IMG/VR virus record: IMGVR_UViG_2711768001_000005
Source of the DNA: a virus
Lineage: Duplodnaviria > Heunggongvirae > Uroviricota > Caudoviricetes
Length of the DNA: 6,663 nucleotides
Reading direction: 5' to 3' (one strand)
Each line of letters begins with the position of its first letter. Position 1 is the stretch's first letter. A program made the position numbers and the translations under genes. Below, one piece after another: positions 6,170 to 6,663 of this stretch. The notes beneath the pieces were generated by a model that ran no database searches, was not told where the DNA came from, and saw only the letters and a list, made by a program, of their open reading frames with translations.

Positions 6170-6333
6170 GCCGTAGCCCCTTCTTGATATTTTTCAAACC
6201 AGAACACAACCGGCTCTGCTTCCAGCGATGCCAGCGCAATCCGTGCCAGTTCCATTTGTTCACCACGGGTAAGCCCGTTTTCAAGCGGGTTTTTAATGAA
6301 CAATTCAATACGTTCTTTGGTAATAGTGGTCAT
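6166..6333 (-). CDS. Hypothetical small protein (55 aa), short paralog of the 114-aa protein
   Basis: ATG at 6333 with AAGGAG 6 nt upstream; translation [55 protein letters not shown]; stop overlaps the next start. Absent from the ORF track (under the cutoff). Confidence 0.6.
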   Translation of the reverse strand: MTTITKERIELFIKNPLENGLTRGEQMELARIALASLEAEPVVFWFEKYQEGATA

Positions 6334-6343
6334 GTGTTACTCC

Positions 6344-6542
6344 TTAACCCGCAGTGCTTTCAACTGATGAGGGGAACAAAATCTTTTCATCAAACCCTGC
6401 ATTCATATCATGAACAGCAACACACCAATCCATCGACGAACGATTATCAAGAGCCTCCATGATTTCATCCATGCGGCGTAGGTCATACAGGTAAATGCTT
6501 TTATCGCCAATGGTGTAAAAGCCAATTTTTTTCGGTGATGGA
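6344..6542 (-). pseudogene. 3' fragment of a gene whose 5' part is replaced by the IS end
   Basis: The reading frame is open from the IS end (6543) to TAA at 6344-6346, encoding ...PSPKKIGFYTIGDKSIYLYDLRRMDEIMEALDNRSSMDWCVAVHDMNAGFDEKILFPSSVESTAG. The ORF-track start at 6574 lies inside IS sequence, so that ORF is an IS/flank chimera. Confidence 0.45.
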
Positions 6543-6663
6543 TGAGGTGTACTGGCAATAGCGGACACTACCATTTGTTCTTTTTTTAAGCAGCCATCTG
6601 ATGATATTTTTCCCTGAAGGCTGCCGGGGAGATATTCCCCAGACGAGAGTGACGACGCTGACG
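6543..6663 (-). mobile_element. Right end of a second, inverted copy of the same IS3-family element (body lies right of the window)
   Basis: Exact reverse complement of 1-121; the match stops at 6543 (6542 is A where C would be required). Confidence 0.6.
6586..6663 (-). CDS. IS3-family transposase C-terminal fragment (inverted copy)
   Basis: Reverse complement of 1-78; same translation RQRRHSRLGNISPAAFREKYHQMAA. Confidence 0.55.
   Translation of the reverse strand, partial: RQRRHSRLGNISPAAFREKYHQMAA

Noticed and set aside
6117-6462. ORFs 6117-6308 (minus, 63 aa) and 6184-6462 (plus, 92 aa)
   Set aside because: Out of frame or antisense to the SD-supported 55-aa and 114-aa genes.
1-6663. 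Single transposon with 121-bp terminal inverted repeats, or a DNA-invertase switch
   Set aside because: The repeats are the 3' coding end plus terminus of a transposase gene that continues beyond both window edges, so they are two separate IS copies rather than short TIRs of one element; no invertase gene or crossover sites are seen inside.
1-6663. CRISPR array or other tandem repeat structure
   Set aside because: No regularly spaced direct repeats were seen by eye anywhere in the window.

Overview
This window reads as the late-regulatory module of a lambdoid, Stx-phage-like prophage, encoded entirely on the minus strand, and it appears to be a whole draft-assembly contig. Gene order (in transcription direction, high to low coordinates) is: an IS-truncated gene, a cassette of three small translationally coupled genes, an N-gap, a hypothetical gene with an apparent frameshift, a DUF968/HNH-like protein, RusA, antiterminator Q, a lambda-like pR'/tR' unit, a small winged-helix protein, a beta-class DNA methyltransferase, and a tRNA cluster Ile(CAU)-Arg(UCG)-Arg(UCU) followed by a terminator. 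In Stx phages the toxin genes follow these tRNAs; here there is only about 400 bp of apparently non-coding DNA and then an insertion-sequence end. The first 121 bp and last 121 bp are exact reverse complements and encode the C-terminus of an IS3-family transposase, so the segment is bounded by two inverted IS copies. A 351-nt run of N (5339-5689) is an assembly gap. All calls come from manual reading of the sequence and recalled family signatures; no database search was run.
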